From Sedimentisphaerales bacterium (lineage in GTDB: Bacteria; Planctomycetota; Phycisphaerae; Sedimentisphaerales; SM23-30), in assembly GCA_963663965.2 (NCBI GenBank), contig CAXXFK010000011.1:199667-263666 (forward strand): a DNA stretch of 64,000 nucleotides, in the 5' to 3' direction. The notes under the pieces are model-generated. The model had not been told where the DNA came from, ran no database searches, and saw only the letters and a program-made list of their open reading frames with translations. The position numbers and the translations under genes were made by a program. This document shows, piece by piece, positions 42,333-53,338 of this stretch (positions are counted from its first letter, which is position 1; each line of letters begins with the position of its first letter).

Positions 42333-44147
42333 TTAATCCAGTTCAAATTCTTCTTTCCAGTTACTATCATTTTCCAGCGCCTTCTGCTCCGTCTTGTCGA
42401 GCAGATAGTTGCCCAGGATCAGATAATCCATATTGGTACGCATGAAACATCGATACGCATCCTCAGGCGAACAGACGATCGGCTCACCCCGCACATTAAA
42501 CGAGGTATTAATGATCACCGGGCAGCCATGATGTTGATCCAGTTGCTCGATCATGTCGTAATAACGCGGATTGTCATCCCGATGCACCGTCTGCACCCGC
42601 GCGGAATAATCCACATGGGTAATCGCCGGCAGTGTTGATCGCACCACATTCAGTTTGTCGATTCCAAACAGTTTCTGCTGATCCGCGCTCATCTCCCTGC
42701 GGATATCCTTACGTACATCAGCCACCAGCAGCATATAAGGGCTCTCCCGATCCAGTTCGAAATAGTCACTGACCCGCTCCTTAAGAACCGTCGGCGCGAA
42801 CGGCCGGAAACTCTCCCGGAACTTGATCTTCAGATTCATCGTTTCCTGCATCTTCGGAGATCGGGCATCCCCAATAATCGACCGCCCCCCCAGCGCTCGC
42901 GGACCAAATTCCATCCGCCCCTGGAACCAGCCAACCACCTTTTCCGAGGCAATCAGTTCGGCAATCGTTGCCGGCATCTCCTGATCGGTCAGTATCTTAT
43001 AGGGTATTTCGTTAGATTGCAAAAATGCTTCTATCTGTTGTGCGCCATATTCCGGTCCCAGCAATGATCCACCCTGAACGCCCCGTGGTACGGCCTGCCG
43101 CTCGTTGCCCAGGTACTGATACCAGGCATACAACGCCGCCCCCAACGCCCCCCCCGCGTCTCCGGCCGCCGGTTGGATCCAGATATCCTCAAACGGGCCA
43201 TCCCGCAGAATTTTCCCATTACTCACGCAATTCAACGCCACCCCGCCGGCCAGACACAAAGTCGTCTTCCCCGTCACCTTATGAACATGCTGAGCCATGC
43301 GCATCATAATCAATTCGGTCACATCCTGTACTGACCGCGCCAGGTTCATCTCCCGCTGAGTCAATCGCGACTCCGGTTTGCGCGGCGGCCCGCCAAACAA
43401 TTTATGGAACCGCTCATTGGTCATCGTCAAACCGGCACAGTAATTGAAATAGTTCATATTGAGCTTAAAAGAGCCATCGGCTTTCAAATCAACCAGCTCT
43501 TTCAAAATCAAATCGGTATATACCGGCTCGCCATAAGGCGCCAGTCCCATCACTTTATATTCACCCGAATTCACCTTGAATCCGGTATAGTAGGTAAACG
43601 CCGAATAGAGCAATCCCAGTGAATGCGGAAAGCGAATATCTCCCAGCAATCGAATCTGGTTGTCTGTCCCGATCCCGTAACTGGTCGTTGACCATTCCCC
43701 CACCCCATCAATGGTTAAAAACGCCGCATCCTGATAGGGTGATGGGAAAAACGCCGATGCGGCATGCGATTCGTGGTGCTCCGGAAAAATAATCTGCCCG
43801 GCATAGTTCAGATTGTCCTTGATATACTCCTTCATCCAGATCTTCTGCTTGATCCACAACGGCATCGCCTTGATAAATGACCGAATCCCCATTGGCGCGT
43901 AATGCAGATAGGTCTCCAGTATCCGCTCGAATTTCACAAACGGCTTATCGTAAAAAGCCACAATATCTACCTGATTGATGTCCAGCTTACCATAATCCAG
44001 GCAGAACTGAATGGCATGGCTCGGAAAGGAAAAATCATGCTTTTTACGGGTAAACCGCTCCTCCTGCGCCGCCGCGGTGATCTTTCCATCACATACCAGA
44101 CACGCCGCACTGTCATGATAAAAAGCGGATATGCCAAGAATATTCAT
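42333..44147 (-). CDS. NodU/CmcH-family O-carbamoyltransferase
   Basis: ILGISAFYHDSAA, QEERFTRKKHD, GEYKVMGLAPYG, EFGPRALG, NTSFNVRGEPIV. Confidence 0.93.
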   Translation of the reverse strand: MNILGISAFYHDSAACLVCDGKITAAAQEERFTRKKHDFSFPSHAIQFCLDYGKLDINQVDIVAFYDKPFVKFERILETYLHYAPMGIRSFIKAMPLWIKQKIWMKEYIKDNLNYAGQIIFPEHHESHAASAFFPSPYQDAAFLTIDGVGEWSTTSYGIGTDNQIRLLGDIRFPHSLGLLYSAFTYYTGFKVNSGEYKVMGLAPYGEPVYTDLILKELVDLKADGSFKLNMNYFNYCAGLTMTNERFHKLFGGPPRKPESRLTQREMNLARSVQDVTELIMMRMAQHVHKVTGKTTLCLAGGVALNCVSNGKILRDGPFEDIWIQPAAGDAGGALGAALYAWYQYLGNERQAVPRGVQGGSLLGPEYGAQQIEAFLQSNEIPYKILTDQEMPATIAELIASEKVVGWFQGRMEFGPRALGGRSIIGDARSPKMQETMNLKIKFRESFRPFAPTVLKERVSDYFELDRESPYMLLVADVRKDIRREMSADQQKLFGIDKLNVVRSTLPAITHVDYSARVQTVHRDDNPRYYDMIEQLDQHHGCPVIINTSFNVRGEPIVCSPEDAYRCFMRTNMDYLILGNYLLDKTEQKALENDSNWKEEFELD

Positions 44148-44579
44148 CTAACTACTTTCTTTTTAATGATTTAAAGCCATTTAAATTCAAAATCACAATC
44201 CAGACTCGCCTGCGCCAAAACGGTCTGCATGTCCGTAATTATCGGCTATAGCTATAATTACAATTAATCTATCTCAAGTTCATTACTATTATATACCGAA
44301 AACGACCGGAAATAAATATTCCTATTGTGTGAGAATAACACCTGGGCTGTTTAGAAATCTTATCATTCACTGCCATAAATAATTGCATGAAGAAAAATCG
44401 TTCGACCGACTTACGTACCTAATTCGGAGTATCTATAAAGTCGATAGGTTGTTCTAATAATCCAGGCTTGATTTCTTTCCCAAATTTATATGAACAGAAA
44501 CCAATTTAAACGGTTCGTACGAACCGTATTATTTTAAAAGTCCTTATGGCAAAACAGTTTTCGGTCTTAAGGGTTTTTT

Positions 44580-46232
44580 TTATGGCTTCTTTCTGAAATT
44601 TTCGATTCGATGGAACGTAAAGAGATTGCCATCATGCCAACGAGTGGCCGTCCCGCGATGGGTATCCCACGCCGTACGTAAAACAAAAATAATATCTTCT
44701 CCATCAATCTGCATAAACGGATAATTAAAGCCATGATAACTCGAAGAATGCCCCTGCAGAACGGTCTTCTCAAGCTGAAAATCTCCAATACTTCCATTAA
44801 CACTACTTGCGCTATAGAGATTTAGTTTCTCTCGTGTTGCCCCGACACTCGTCAGTGCCCAATACCGATCAGACACAGGATCATACCGAACCGTATACTT
44901 CGCCCCTGTACCTGGAAGCCAAGGTCCGGCATGATTGGGATCGAAGGTTGTGACGGTAATGTCATTGAGATTGGCTAGAACCAGAGAAATCCCTTCCTTC
45001 CAGCCCTTTCCAGGCCGGTAAATCCGATCCTTGCCCGCATTGACAAGAAATCCTTCTTTAGTCTTCAAAAGCGTGCCCTCATTACCCGAATGATACGCCT
45101 CTCCGTTGGTCAAAGTCACATTATTATTTTGACCGACAGTCAATGTCCAATTGGATTCTTGCATAAGGTCCGCTCCGACAGGCGCCGAAAAGAATCCCGC
45201 GCCGCCACTGGTGGAAGCGGCCTTCCAGAGACGGCCATTTATCATATCAACATGCGATGGCGCGTCTTCACCTCCGATTCCCGAAAAAATTGCGGTCGAC
45301 CATGTAGCGCCGTTGTCACTGGTTTTATAAATCCGGGTTTTTCCAGAACCACTCAGATTCTGTCCCAACAGATAGACACTTCCCTTATGCTCGAACAGAC
45401 TGTCACGGTTCACCTTAAGATCACCTTGCACAAACGTCCAGGTCGCCCCCTTGTCTACCGACCGCCAGACAGAGGTCTCGCTTGCGGCAATAGAATGACG
45501 AATACTCGCCCAATAGTCTCCATTGGACAGAATGAGTAGTTTCGGATTCGCCAAGGTTGATACTTTACCGCCCTCAGGCATACTTGTAATGATAACTGCA
45601 TTACACATGAGTGAAGGAGGATTCTCCCAGTAAAGTTCTCCGCTTTCAGCAAAAACAAACGGAGGATGATCCGTCGATACTGAATTGACAGGAAGAGATA
45701 CCCATGTATTCGGAGTTGCATAGCTGTGTTTATAAAGCCAGTAAGGAGAATTGGTATCCGAATAGGGGGTTATGTTTCTACCTGCCTTGTCTAAATAAAT
45801 ATCCGGGTTGGTCCCGGAATTCACTCTGACCCATCCGTCGCCGATTGCAGCATCGCTAGGCATAGCTATCAATAGAGTCCCTGCTGCATTGGCCCTTAAT
45901 CGAACAATCTGATCATTGGTTCGACTGTCTTCTGAGGCGGGCCTGAAATCATGCGTAGCATACTCCATATTTCTAATTTGAGTTGGGATTGAATTTTTCG
46001 GAAATATCAATCCAAGATCCCACGAACTGGTGTCAAGATGGTCGCTCTTATATCGATATGTTTTATTAATCGGCCGGATCATAATCCCGACACCTTCTAT
46101 TCCGATGCGACGCGCCTGGCATTGAGGCACCGTTATAAACAAGAAAGCGGTTAAAGAAGCAACCAATGTTATCCATATCTTTCTGATCGATATTTTATTG
46201 GCACTTATCGCATAATGCATAAAATTGAGCAT
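44580..46232 (-). CDS. Secreted BNR/Asp-box (sialidase-like) protein
   Basis: Asp-boxes SVDKGATW and TSDNGATW; hydrophobic leader; C-terminal HD.N..TFHRIENFR; start uncertain (46232 has an ACAGGGA RBS). Confidence 0.7.
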   Translation of the reverse strand: MLNFMHYAISANKISIRKIWITLVASLTAFLFITVPQCQARRIGIEGVGIMIRPINKTYRYKSDHLDTSSWDLGLIFPKNSIPTQIRNMEYATHDFRPASEDSRTNDQIVRLRANAAGTLLIAMPSDAAIGDGWVRVNSGTNPDIYLDKAGRNITPYSDTNSPYWLYKHSYATPNTWVSLPVNSVSTDHPPFVFAESGELYWENPPSLMCNAVIITSMPEGGKVSTLANPKLLILSNGDYWASIRHSIAASETSVWRSVDKGATWTFVQGDLKVNRDSLFEHKGSVYLLGQNLSGSGKTRIYKTSDNGATWSTAIFSGIGGEDAPSHVDMINGRLWKAASTSGGAGFFSAPVGADLMQESNWTLTVGQNNNVTLTNGEAYHSGNEGTLLKTKEGFLVNAGKDRIYRPGKGWKEGISLVLANLNDITVTTFDPNHAGPWLPGTGAKYTVRYDPVSDRYWALTSVGATREKLNLYSASSVNGSIGDFQLEKTVLQGHSSSYHGFNYPFMQIDGEDIIFVLRTAWDTHRGTATRWHDGNLFTFHRIENFRKKP

Positions 46233-46503
46233 GATTGAATCCCTGTAATCATATCTACCATAAAAAATACACATTGTTAACTAACTGAATATTAATGACT
46301 TAATATAAGAAAATTCAGTTAAAATCAAGACCTTTGTACTTAAGAGATTTGAATATTTTTACTGAAATTATTAATTCGGTCTTTTTTACCTGATAACAGG
46401 TATTCAATGGCTTCCCTGACATATTTCAGTTGAGTTGGGGCTATATTGGAGTTTCCCTACTACCAACATGCATATCAGCTTCAATATCATCATGAAACTT
46501 TAA

Positions 46504-46683
46504 GAGTGTCTAACAAAATAATTTTGTTAGCGAGAACGAGTGAAAAAGTGGTTAGCGAGACCGCAGGAGGCAAATATCCGCGGGCAACCCTTATAATTGG
46601 TTGTTGAGGTTAATTGACACCGAGAACTTAGCGGACCACTTTTGCAGCCGGTCGCAGTAAAAAATTCTATTATTTAGGTGCTC
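46504..46683. mobile_element. 180-bp MITE-like element with TAA target duplication
   Basis: TAA|GAGTGTCTAA...TTAGGTGCTC|TAA; the whole element is an imperfect inverted repeat; no ORF. Confidence 0.65.
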
Positions 46684-46734
46684 TAAGTTTTTAACGCCTC
46701 TGAAAGAGTTAAGCTGTGATTCCCTATAAATTGA

Positions 46735-48162
46735 TCAGCTGGCTCTCGTGATCCCCAGTTTATGCTGCATCTCTTCCAGTGATATCCCTTTGGTCTCCGG
46801 CATCGCCAGCAACACCCAGATCAGTTGACCAATCATGCAAACACCATAAATCGCAAAGATCTTCCAGCCCAGGTTCTCGGCAAACATCGGAAAGGTCTGC
46901 GAAATCACCGCTGCCATAATCCAATGGGTAAAGCTGCCCAGCGCCTGGCCGCGCGCCCGCACGCTATTGGGAAAGATCTCACTGATAAATACCCAGATCA
47001 CCGCCCCCTGTCCAAAGGCATGCGCCGCGATAAAGGCAATAAAACCTATCAAAACGATAGCGCCGCCAGTACCCGAATAAAAACCCCACGTCACCACACT
47101 TAAACTGATAATATAACCAATCGAGCCGACCAGCATCAGTTTCTTTCGGCCAAAATGGTCGATAATCGCCAGTGCCGCCATGGTAAATACCAGATTGGTA
47201 AACCCGATTATCACGGCTTGCGCCATCGCCGAAGTCCCTTCCGCACCCGCCATCTCGAAAATCCGCTTGGTATAATAAATCAAAGCGTTGATCCCGGACA
47301 ACTGATTAAACATCGCGAACGCCACCGCCAATAGAATCGGCTTGAGATATTTCCGCCGAAGAAACGGTTCGCCCAGGCTGGTCGCGTCCTCGCTCAGTGA
47401 CCGCTGAATTGCCGCCACTTCCTCATCCACATTCCCGCTATCGGTCCCCACCCGTTCCAGTACCAACCGAGCTTCGTCCGACCGGTCGCAAGCGACCAGC
47501 CAGCGCGGACTGTAAGGGGTAAAAAACAACATCATAAAAAACAACGCCGCCGGAAATGCCTCCACTCCAAACATCCATCGCCATTCCAGCGTTCCCAGGT
47601 TCATGCAAGTGATGATCCAGTTGGATAGATACGCCAGCAGAATCCCCAGTACGATATTGAATTGGGTTAAAGCCACTAACCGCCCACGAACTTTGGCTGG
47701 CGATAATTCAGCGATATACATCGGCGAGATCACCGACGCCCCTCCCACCGCCAATCCGCCAATGAACCGGAATATACTGAATGACACCATCCCCCAGGCC
47801 AGGGCGCTACCCACTGCCGACACAAAATACAACACCCCCAAGACCTTCAAAATAGCTTTGCGGCCATATCGGTCGGCCGGCTTGCCAAATAATAGCGATC
47901 CGATCACTGTCCCAATTAATGCCGTAGCGACCACGGTTCCATGCCAGAACGCCGTCTTTTGCAGCATCGGTAACTCTTTTTCAGCGTCCTCTGCCACCAA
48001 TTCCGGTCGGCCAAACGACCGGGCCACGGAGGTATACTGGCCATCGAAAAGCGCTTCCAGGGTTTTTTCAGCCCCGGAAATGACCGCCGTATCGAAGCCA
48101 AACAACAACCCGCCCAGTGCCGCCACCAGACCACTCATCAAGAGATAACCGCTGATTTTCAT
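46735..48162 (-). CDS. Sugar porter family MFS transporter
   Basis: GGLLFGFDTAVISG, DRYGRK, YIAELSP..RG, QLSGINA, PETKG. Confidence 0.95.
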   Translation of the reverse strand: MKISGYLLMSGLVAALGGLLFGFDTAVISGAEKTLEALFDGQYTSVARSFGRPELVAEDAEKELPMLQKTAFWHGTVVATALIGTVIGSLLFGKPADRYGRKAILKVLGVLYFVSAVGSALAWGMVSFSIFRFIGGLAVGGASVISPMYIAELSPAKVRGRLVALTQFNIVLGILLAYLSNWIITCMNLGTLEWRWMFGVEAFPAALFFMMLFFTPYSPRWLVACDRSDEARLVLERVGTDSGNVDEEVAAIQRSLSEDATSLGEPFLRRKYLKPILLAVAFAMFNQLSGINALIYYTKRIFEMAGAEGTSAMAQAVIIGFTNLVFTMAALAIIDHFGRKKLMLVGSIGYIISLSVVTWGFYSGTGGAIVLIGFIAFIAAHAFGQGAVIWVFISEIFPNSVRARGQALGSFTHWIMAAVISQTFPMFAENLGWKIFAIYGVCMIGQLIWVLLAMPETKGISLEEMQHKLGITRAS

Positions 48163-48315
48163 ACGTTGCTTACCTTTATTTATAACTCAATTTTAACTAT
48201 CACGCATAGTATGCCATTAAGGATTGATGCCCGTCTGGCTATAAGAAGAGTCGCTATGCGTCACATCTAAATTCATGCGCATTATCGGACATTTTTATAC
48301 CCTCTGGGCTAAAAC

Positions 48316-50787
48316 CTATTGTAGTAAGATATCGATCTCCTCACCGCGCGCCTGTTTCTCCGTTTCATGGTAACCCCCGTAAAAGACCGAATTGCAATCC
48401 AGCCACAGGCCGATCCGCGCCAGCTCGTCCCTGGTCAATTTTATTTCGTGATGATCGCTGGTGACAATGTTCCAGAGTCTGGATGCTCGTGCGCCAACCT
48501 GACCGGCTATGGAATAGGAGGTCTGGTTTTTAGTCAGACCGCTGCCGTTCCCGCCATTTTTCGACCAACTGTAATCCGCCAGACTATGATACGCTTCCGT
48601 CCAGCCCCATTTAGCCGTTTTTGTTCTGCTCAAACCCGGTGCGGTATCCTGTTCGCTATGACACTTGACACAATGCCGATCCAGAACCGGCTGAACCAGC
48701 CGTGCAAAAGTGAGTGGCCGCGAGCCAACCGGACCGGGTTGCAACTTTGACGGTTCGCGCCGCAACGCGATAGGAGAGGCGGCTAATCGTTGGGTTGGCA
48801 TCGTGCGTTTCGGTTCGTGACACCCCTGGCAGGTCATTTGTTCGCCCCGGTGAACGAAAGTGTCTGATCGCATGGTCTGTACCGCCAGTCCGTCTTCGTC
48901 CAGCGCCTGAAAATAGACCGGTACCCCCACCGGCATTTCAAAATAAACGCTGCCATCCGATTCCACCGGCGCCGTCCCCAGAACCCCTCGCGCCAGCGAC
49001 TGTTCGCCTACGCCAATTTTCGGTTCGTTCGCGGCCGGCGTGGTTTTCGGATAGATCTGTATCACCCGCAACGCCTTGATCGGTGTGCCGGCCGGCCAGT
49101 CAAAATCACTGTCGTAAATATTCATAATTGCCACGGTCGCCCGATCGTCACCGGGATGCTGTCGGTCCTCCACAGCCTGTCTCGTTTGGGCGGGGATCAC
49201 CACCGGCCGCTTGCGGGCCCGTAGCGGAATCGGATCCAGGCATGAAATAGCGTCGTCCCGGTAGAGTAGTTCCCGGTTACCGAAACTGTCGATCAGGTAA
49301 ATGCCGTGGTTCTTGCCATCCGGGGCATAAACCGACAGATAAAAATCTTCACTCAGCGGCCAGGGCGTGGCGAAAATCTCGCCGTTGGGCTGGTGCTTGC
49401 CTTTATGCGGCGGGTGCGGCACACCCGGACCCGATTCCGATTCCGGAAAATGGATATCCGGCGTAATTCGCTTAATCGCGCTCATCGCCCCGTCGTCTTC
49501 CTTTCGCTGATCGATCAGTACCAGCGAGCCGTACGCCTGCCCATGATGCGGTGCGGCCACGGCCACAAACGTATGCGAATCCGGCACCGCCCGTATCGAC
49601 ATCTCCATCCAGGGCCGCAACTCACGCGCCGTCGGATAGTTGCCGTGCCAGCTGCGCGGATCGCGGCCATCCGGATAACACAGCCACAAATGATGTGCGA
49701 TATCCGAATCCCGATCCACATAATCCCAGCGGGTATAGACAATCATACCGTCGTTAGTCACACTGGGATGCCATTCATGGGTTTCGTGATAGCTCAGCGT
49801 GATAACATCCGAACCGTCCGGCCGCATACTGTGCAACGTATAGGTCGGATCCGGGCGCAACCCGCAGCGCAGATACCCCCCGCGCCGTTCCGAGATAAAT
49901 GCGATCCGACCGCCCGGCAACCAGACTGGGTCAAAATCGTTGTATCGTCCATCGGTCAATTGAGTCAAATCGTCACCTTCGATACTTGCCCGGAAAATAT
50001 GATAGGTACTTTGCGGTTGCCATAACACTTCGTAAGGCACATAATCGGTCCACTTTTCTACTATCCGGTCAGCCTGGGTCCAGGCGAACAGGAGTTCATC
50101 CGCTTCATAAGATAATTCCAGAGAAATAAACGAGCCGCTTTCCAGCGGTTGGTCTTTCAGGCGGCCCGAATCAATCGTTCGTCCCTCCATCAAATCGATA
50201 ATAGTCGCTTCAACGCCAAATGGATTACGCAGAATATACACCCCGCCGCCCGGCCGGGCATGAAAACCGAAATACTGATCGACCATATGGTTATAACGGG
50301 CCTTATGATGTTTTAGAAATACGATTTCGTCAAAATCCAGCAACGGATTAGCAAATGCTATCCGACGCCGTACCTGACAGACGGCATCAAACAGAGCTTT
50401 TCGCTTGTTTAACTGTTTCACCGGTGTCCGCGACGCCGCCTCACGTAGTGTCCGTACGGTTTCCTGTTCCATTGACAGATCCCCGCACCCGGGCATGGCT
50501 GCTATCCGTGTCAATAACACTTCCGTCCGCCGTAATACCACTTCCAACGGATCTTCATCCGTCTCCCGGATCAACGCGTCCTGTCGCAATGATTCCTTTT
50601 TCAGCCGCTCCCGCGCCAGCAACCCCATACTATCCATCTCGCGATACATTTCCAATTGCCGCTCCAGTGCTAAATACTCCCGCTTCATCTCCCCCTCGGC
50701 ATCATAAACCCAAACCGAACTTTCCCCGGCCAATAAACAGCAACATGTCAACACAACTAAAACTATAGAAATACCAATGCGTTCCAT
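48316..50787 (-). CDS. HzsA-related protein (TolB-like propeller, hydrazine synthase alpha middle domain, two CxxCH)
   Basis: Signal peptide; YTRWDYVDR, LGTAPVESDGS..F..P...PVYFQALD, CQGCH and CVKCH. Confidence 0.8.
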   Translation of the reverse strand: MERIGISIVLVVLTCCCLLAGESSVWVYDAEGEMKREYLALERQLEMYREMDSMGLLARERLKKESLRQDALIRETDEDPLEVVLRRTEVLLTRIAAMPGCGDLSMEQETVRTLREAASRTPVKQLNKRKALFDAVCQVRRRIAFANPLLDFDEIVFLKHHKARYNHMVDQYFGFHARPGGGVYILRNPFGVEATIIDLMEGRTIDSGRLKDQPLESGSFISLELSYEADELLFAWTQADRIVEKWTDYVPYEVLWQPQSTYHIFRASIEGDDLTQLTDGRYNDFDPVWLPGGRIAFISERRGGYLRCGLRPDPTYTLHSMRPDGSDVITLSYHETHEWHPSVTNDGMIVYTRWDYVDRDSDIAHHLWLCYPDGRDPRSWHGNYPTARELRPWMEMSIRAVPDSHTFVAVAAPHHGQAYGSLVLIDQRKEDDGAMSAIKRITPDIHFPESESGPGVPHPPHKGKHQPNGEIFATPWPLSEDFYLSVYAPDGKNHGIYLIDSFGNRELLYRDDAISCLDPIPLRARKRPVVIPAQTRQAVEDRQHPGDDRATVAIMNIYDSDFDWPAGTPIKALRVIQIYPKTTPAANEPKIGVGEQSLARGVLGTAPVESDGSVYFEMPVGVPVYFQALDEDGLAVQTMRSDTFVHRGEQMTCQGCHEPKRTMPTQRLAASPIALRREPSKLQPGPVGSRPLTFARLVQPVLDRHCVKCHSEQDTAPGLSRTKTAKWGWTEAYHSLADYSWSKNGGNGSGLTKNQTSYSIAGQVGARASRLWNIVTSDHHEIKLTRDELARIGLWLDCNSVFYGGYHETEKQARGEEIDILLQ

Positions 50788-51033
50788 ATTCGTATTTTTT
50801 CATTAATCCGGACTATTTTCCATCATTTTGTTGTTTTTATGGGATATTTTTATTTCTTGCTTTGTTAGTCTATATTTGATTAATAGTTACAGAGCTTACC
50901 ATCGAGACCGAAATCCTGAAACAATCCATAAATTAAACAATTCGCAGGTTCTTGCTTGGCTGTTTTATTGGTGGCTTGGCGGCGTTGTGTGAGATACGTT
51001 CTTATTGGTATGCGGCTGGATCGCCCCATAAAT

Positions 51034-53223
51034 TTATCTCCAGATCGATTTGAGATCATGAATATCCAGTGAAACCAGCGTCGCCTGGCCGCCGCTGGCA
51101 AATGCCTCTATCGACGAAATATCACCCGGCTGACGCGACTTGGTAATAAATACCCGGCCCTGGTTGCCGACAATCTCCATCATGGGCCGGTCGACCAGCA
51201 CCTGCACGGTCACTCTGCCATCAACAGGCTTCAAAGACGCCTCGTTGAGCTTATTCGCTTTCGCGTCAAACACCACCCGTTCGCCGCCGATCTGTAATCC
51301 CACCTGGGCCGCTGACCCAATCTCGAAAGTGGCGCGAATATCGAACAATTGATCCGTCGTAGCGACGCTCACCGGCTGTCCATCAGCAAGCGTCCGGTTT
51401 TGAACGCTATGGGTACCAACATGGATTTTCTCAATTTCATGAACCGGTTCGGCAAACAAGCGAACCCCATCCTCCGTGGTACGCAATGTCAGCTCATGCG
51501 GAAAACTGAAGGTCTGATTGAACGGCATTCCATGCATATCAACCCGAACCCAGCCAATCTGAATACGCCGACCATTCGGGGCGCTGTCAAACGTCTGCGA
51601 CGCGTAATAAGCGCCGTAATGCACCTGATGCTTACCGGCGTGTTCCGGCGTAAACACCTTGCCATCAAATGCCCCAATGGCATATTTTGCGTCCGCCGCC
51701 ATCACCACCCAGCGTGAATGATTCGAATCGCCGTCGATAGGGAGCTTAAAAAACTCCGGACACTCATAATAACCATACAAATGGCTTTGCAACGTCCAGT
51801 TTTTCATGTCAGTCGAGCTATAAAACGCGATATTCTGTCCGTCTTTTTCATCATAAACCGCCATGACCCAGTGCCCGCCCAGCTGGCCCGCCCGGGCGTC
51901 CAGCGGCTGCTCGCCATTAGTATAGGCATACCAGATCACCTTGGGGTCACGCCCCGTATGCTTAACGACCGGATTGCCCTCATACCACGTAAAGGAGCGG
52001 CCCCGGTCGTTGCTGTATGCCATCGCCTCACCCGCGCCGGTATCGGTCAGAAAAACCACCATTACATCGTTATCGCCGGTTTTAAATCCGGCCGTATTCA
52101 GCTTATCGACTGTGCCGCCACCCGAAAAACAATCCCCCACTGCCATGGTCTTCGGAAACAGCTTATTGGGCTGCTGTTCCCAGTGCACCAGGTCCGTGCT
52201 GATTGCGTGCCCCCAGGTCATATTGCCCCAGGGCCAGCCCACCGGATTGTGTTGAAAGAACAAATGCCACTCCCCATCCAGATAGACCATGCCGTTACTG
52301 TCGTTATTCCAGCCTACTTTCTGTGAGAAATGAAACTGCGGCCGCGTCGGTTCATCATACCAGGTTTCAGAACCCGGCACCGTGTCCGCCGGACGAACCA
52401 GGGCAAATCCCTCCTCCGTCGCCCGACTGGCCGTCACTGTCGCTGTCTTGCCTTTAAATGCGTCCAGCGTAAAGAAGGCATACCAGTCAACATCGTCAGG
52501 ATTGATCGCCAGTTCTGTGTCATAGAGTCGTACGGGTTTCCCGTCCACCGCAACGGTCAGCCGGCATTTCCGTACGCCATTCTTAATCGGTATCACCAGA
52601 TATTTCTGCGTAACCGTAAAATCCATCGATTGGGTTGCCAATATGGGAACTTTGGGCTTCAAATTGGTTTGAATGATCTGATCGACATTGATATGCCCCC
52701 ATCCCCCTGTGTAGTTATCAACAATTTGAATCGTGACCGGCTTGCCGCGTAAATCGCTGACCGTCCAATATTGCAGCGCCAGTTCTTCACTGCCCCCCGG
52801 TTCCGTATTGGGTCCGGTTGCCGTTCGCACAACGTCACCATCCAGTAACAGGTTTATGCAGGTTTTACCTTCATGTCCGCCACCGCCGATTAAGAACGTT
52901 ATATAATTACAGTCAATCACAAATTCCGGTGAAGTCAGCGTCCCGATCGAGCCATCCCCGCCATAAAAGGAATTAACCAGCCGCTTACCCGCGTAACCGC
53001 TTACCGTCATTTGATTGGGCAGGGTTCCCTCTGCCGGACCCGAACCAAACGCCGTTCCGGTAACGATCCAGTCACCATAGCTTTCCCCTTCAAAATCGGC
53101 CATCAAAGCGCCAGGTGTCGATTCGAGTTTCAACGAGTCATAAGCCAGTACCGTTCCCGTTACCGGATAGGCCAGAAGGGCCGTTAACGAAGCGATCAGA
53201 ATGCTATTAATCAGTTTTGTCAT
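51034..53223 (-). CDS. Secreted GH32 levanase/beta-fructosidase
   Basis: RPQFHF..GWNNDSNG, WGHAIS.DLVHW, FSG, RDP, ECP catalytic motifs; signal peptide. Confidence 0.92.
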   Translation of the reverse strand: MTKLINSILIASLTALLAYPVTGTVLAYDSLKLESTPGALMADFEGESYGDWIVTGTAFGSGPAEGTLPNQMTVSGYAGKRLVNSFYGGDGSIGTLTSPEFVIDCNYITFLIGGGGHEGKTCINLLLDGDVVRTATGPNTEPGGSEELALQYWTVSDLRGKPVTIQIVDNYTGGWGHINVDQIIQTNLKPKVPILATQSMDFTVTQKYLVIPIKNGVRKCRLTVAVDGKPVRLYDTELAINPDDVDWYAFFTLDAFKGKTATVTASRATEEGFALVRPADTVPGSETWYDEPTRPQFHFSQKVGWNNDSNGMVYLDGEWHLFFQHNPVGWPWGNMTWGHAISTDLVHWEQQPNKLFPKTMAVGDCFSGGGTVDKLNTAGFKTGDNDVMVVFLTDTGAGEAMAYSNDRGRSFTWYEGNPVVKHTGRDPKVIWYAYTNGEQPLDARAGQLGGHWVMAVYDEKDGQNIAFYSSTDMKNWTLQSHLYGYYECPEFFKLPIDGDSNHSRWVVMAADAKYAIGAFDGKVFTPEHAGKHQVHYGAYYASQTFDSAPNGRRIQIGWVRVDMHGMPFNQTFSFPHELTLRTTEDGVRLFAEPVHEIEKIHVGTHSVQNRTLADGQPVSVATTDQLFDIRATFEIGSAAQVGLQIGGERVVFDAKANKLNEASLKPVDGRVTVQVLVDRPMMEIVGNQGRVFITKSRQPGDISSIEAFASGGQATLVSLDIHDLKSIWR

Positions 53224-53338
53224 GGTATTTCCTATATACAGCGCGTCTTACCTGTAGCAGACAGCGCCTCCGGCAAAATACTGCCGGAGGCTGCTGTTTT
53301 ACATCCTAAATCAAATCATGTCAACTACTAAGAGTTCG

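Noticed and set aside
41905..44147. Saxitoxin biosynthesis
   Set aside because: SxtI/J-like genes are widespread; no sxtA, sxtG or other pathway genes are present
48316..50787. Anammox hydrazine synthase
   Set aside because: No hzsB/hzsC or hao; sugar-catabolic context; HzsA-related proteins are common in non-anammox planctomycetes
53258..53300. Strong hairpin between the LamG and GH32 genes as an operon terminator
   Set aside because: No U tract in the direction of transcription (minus strand); more likely an mRNA-stabilising stem
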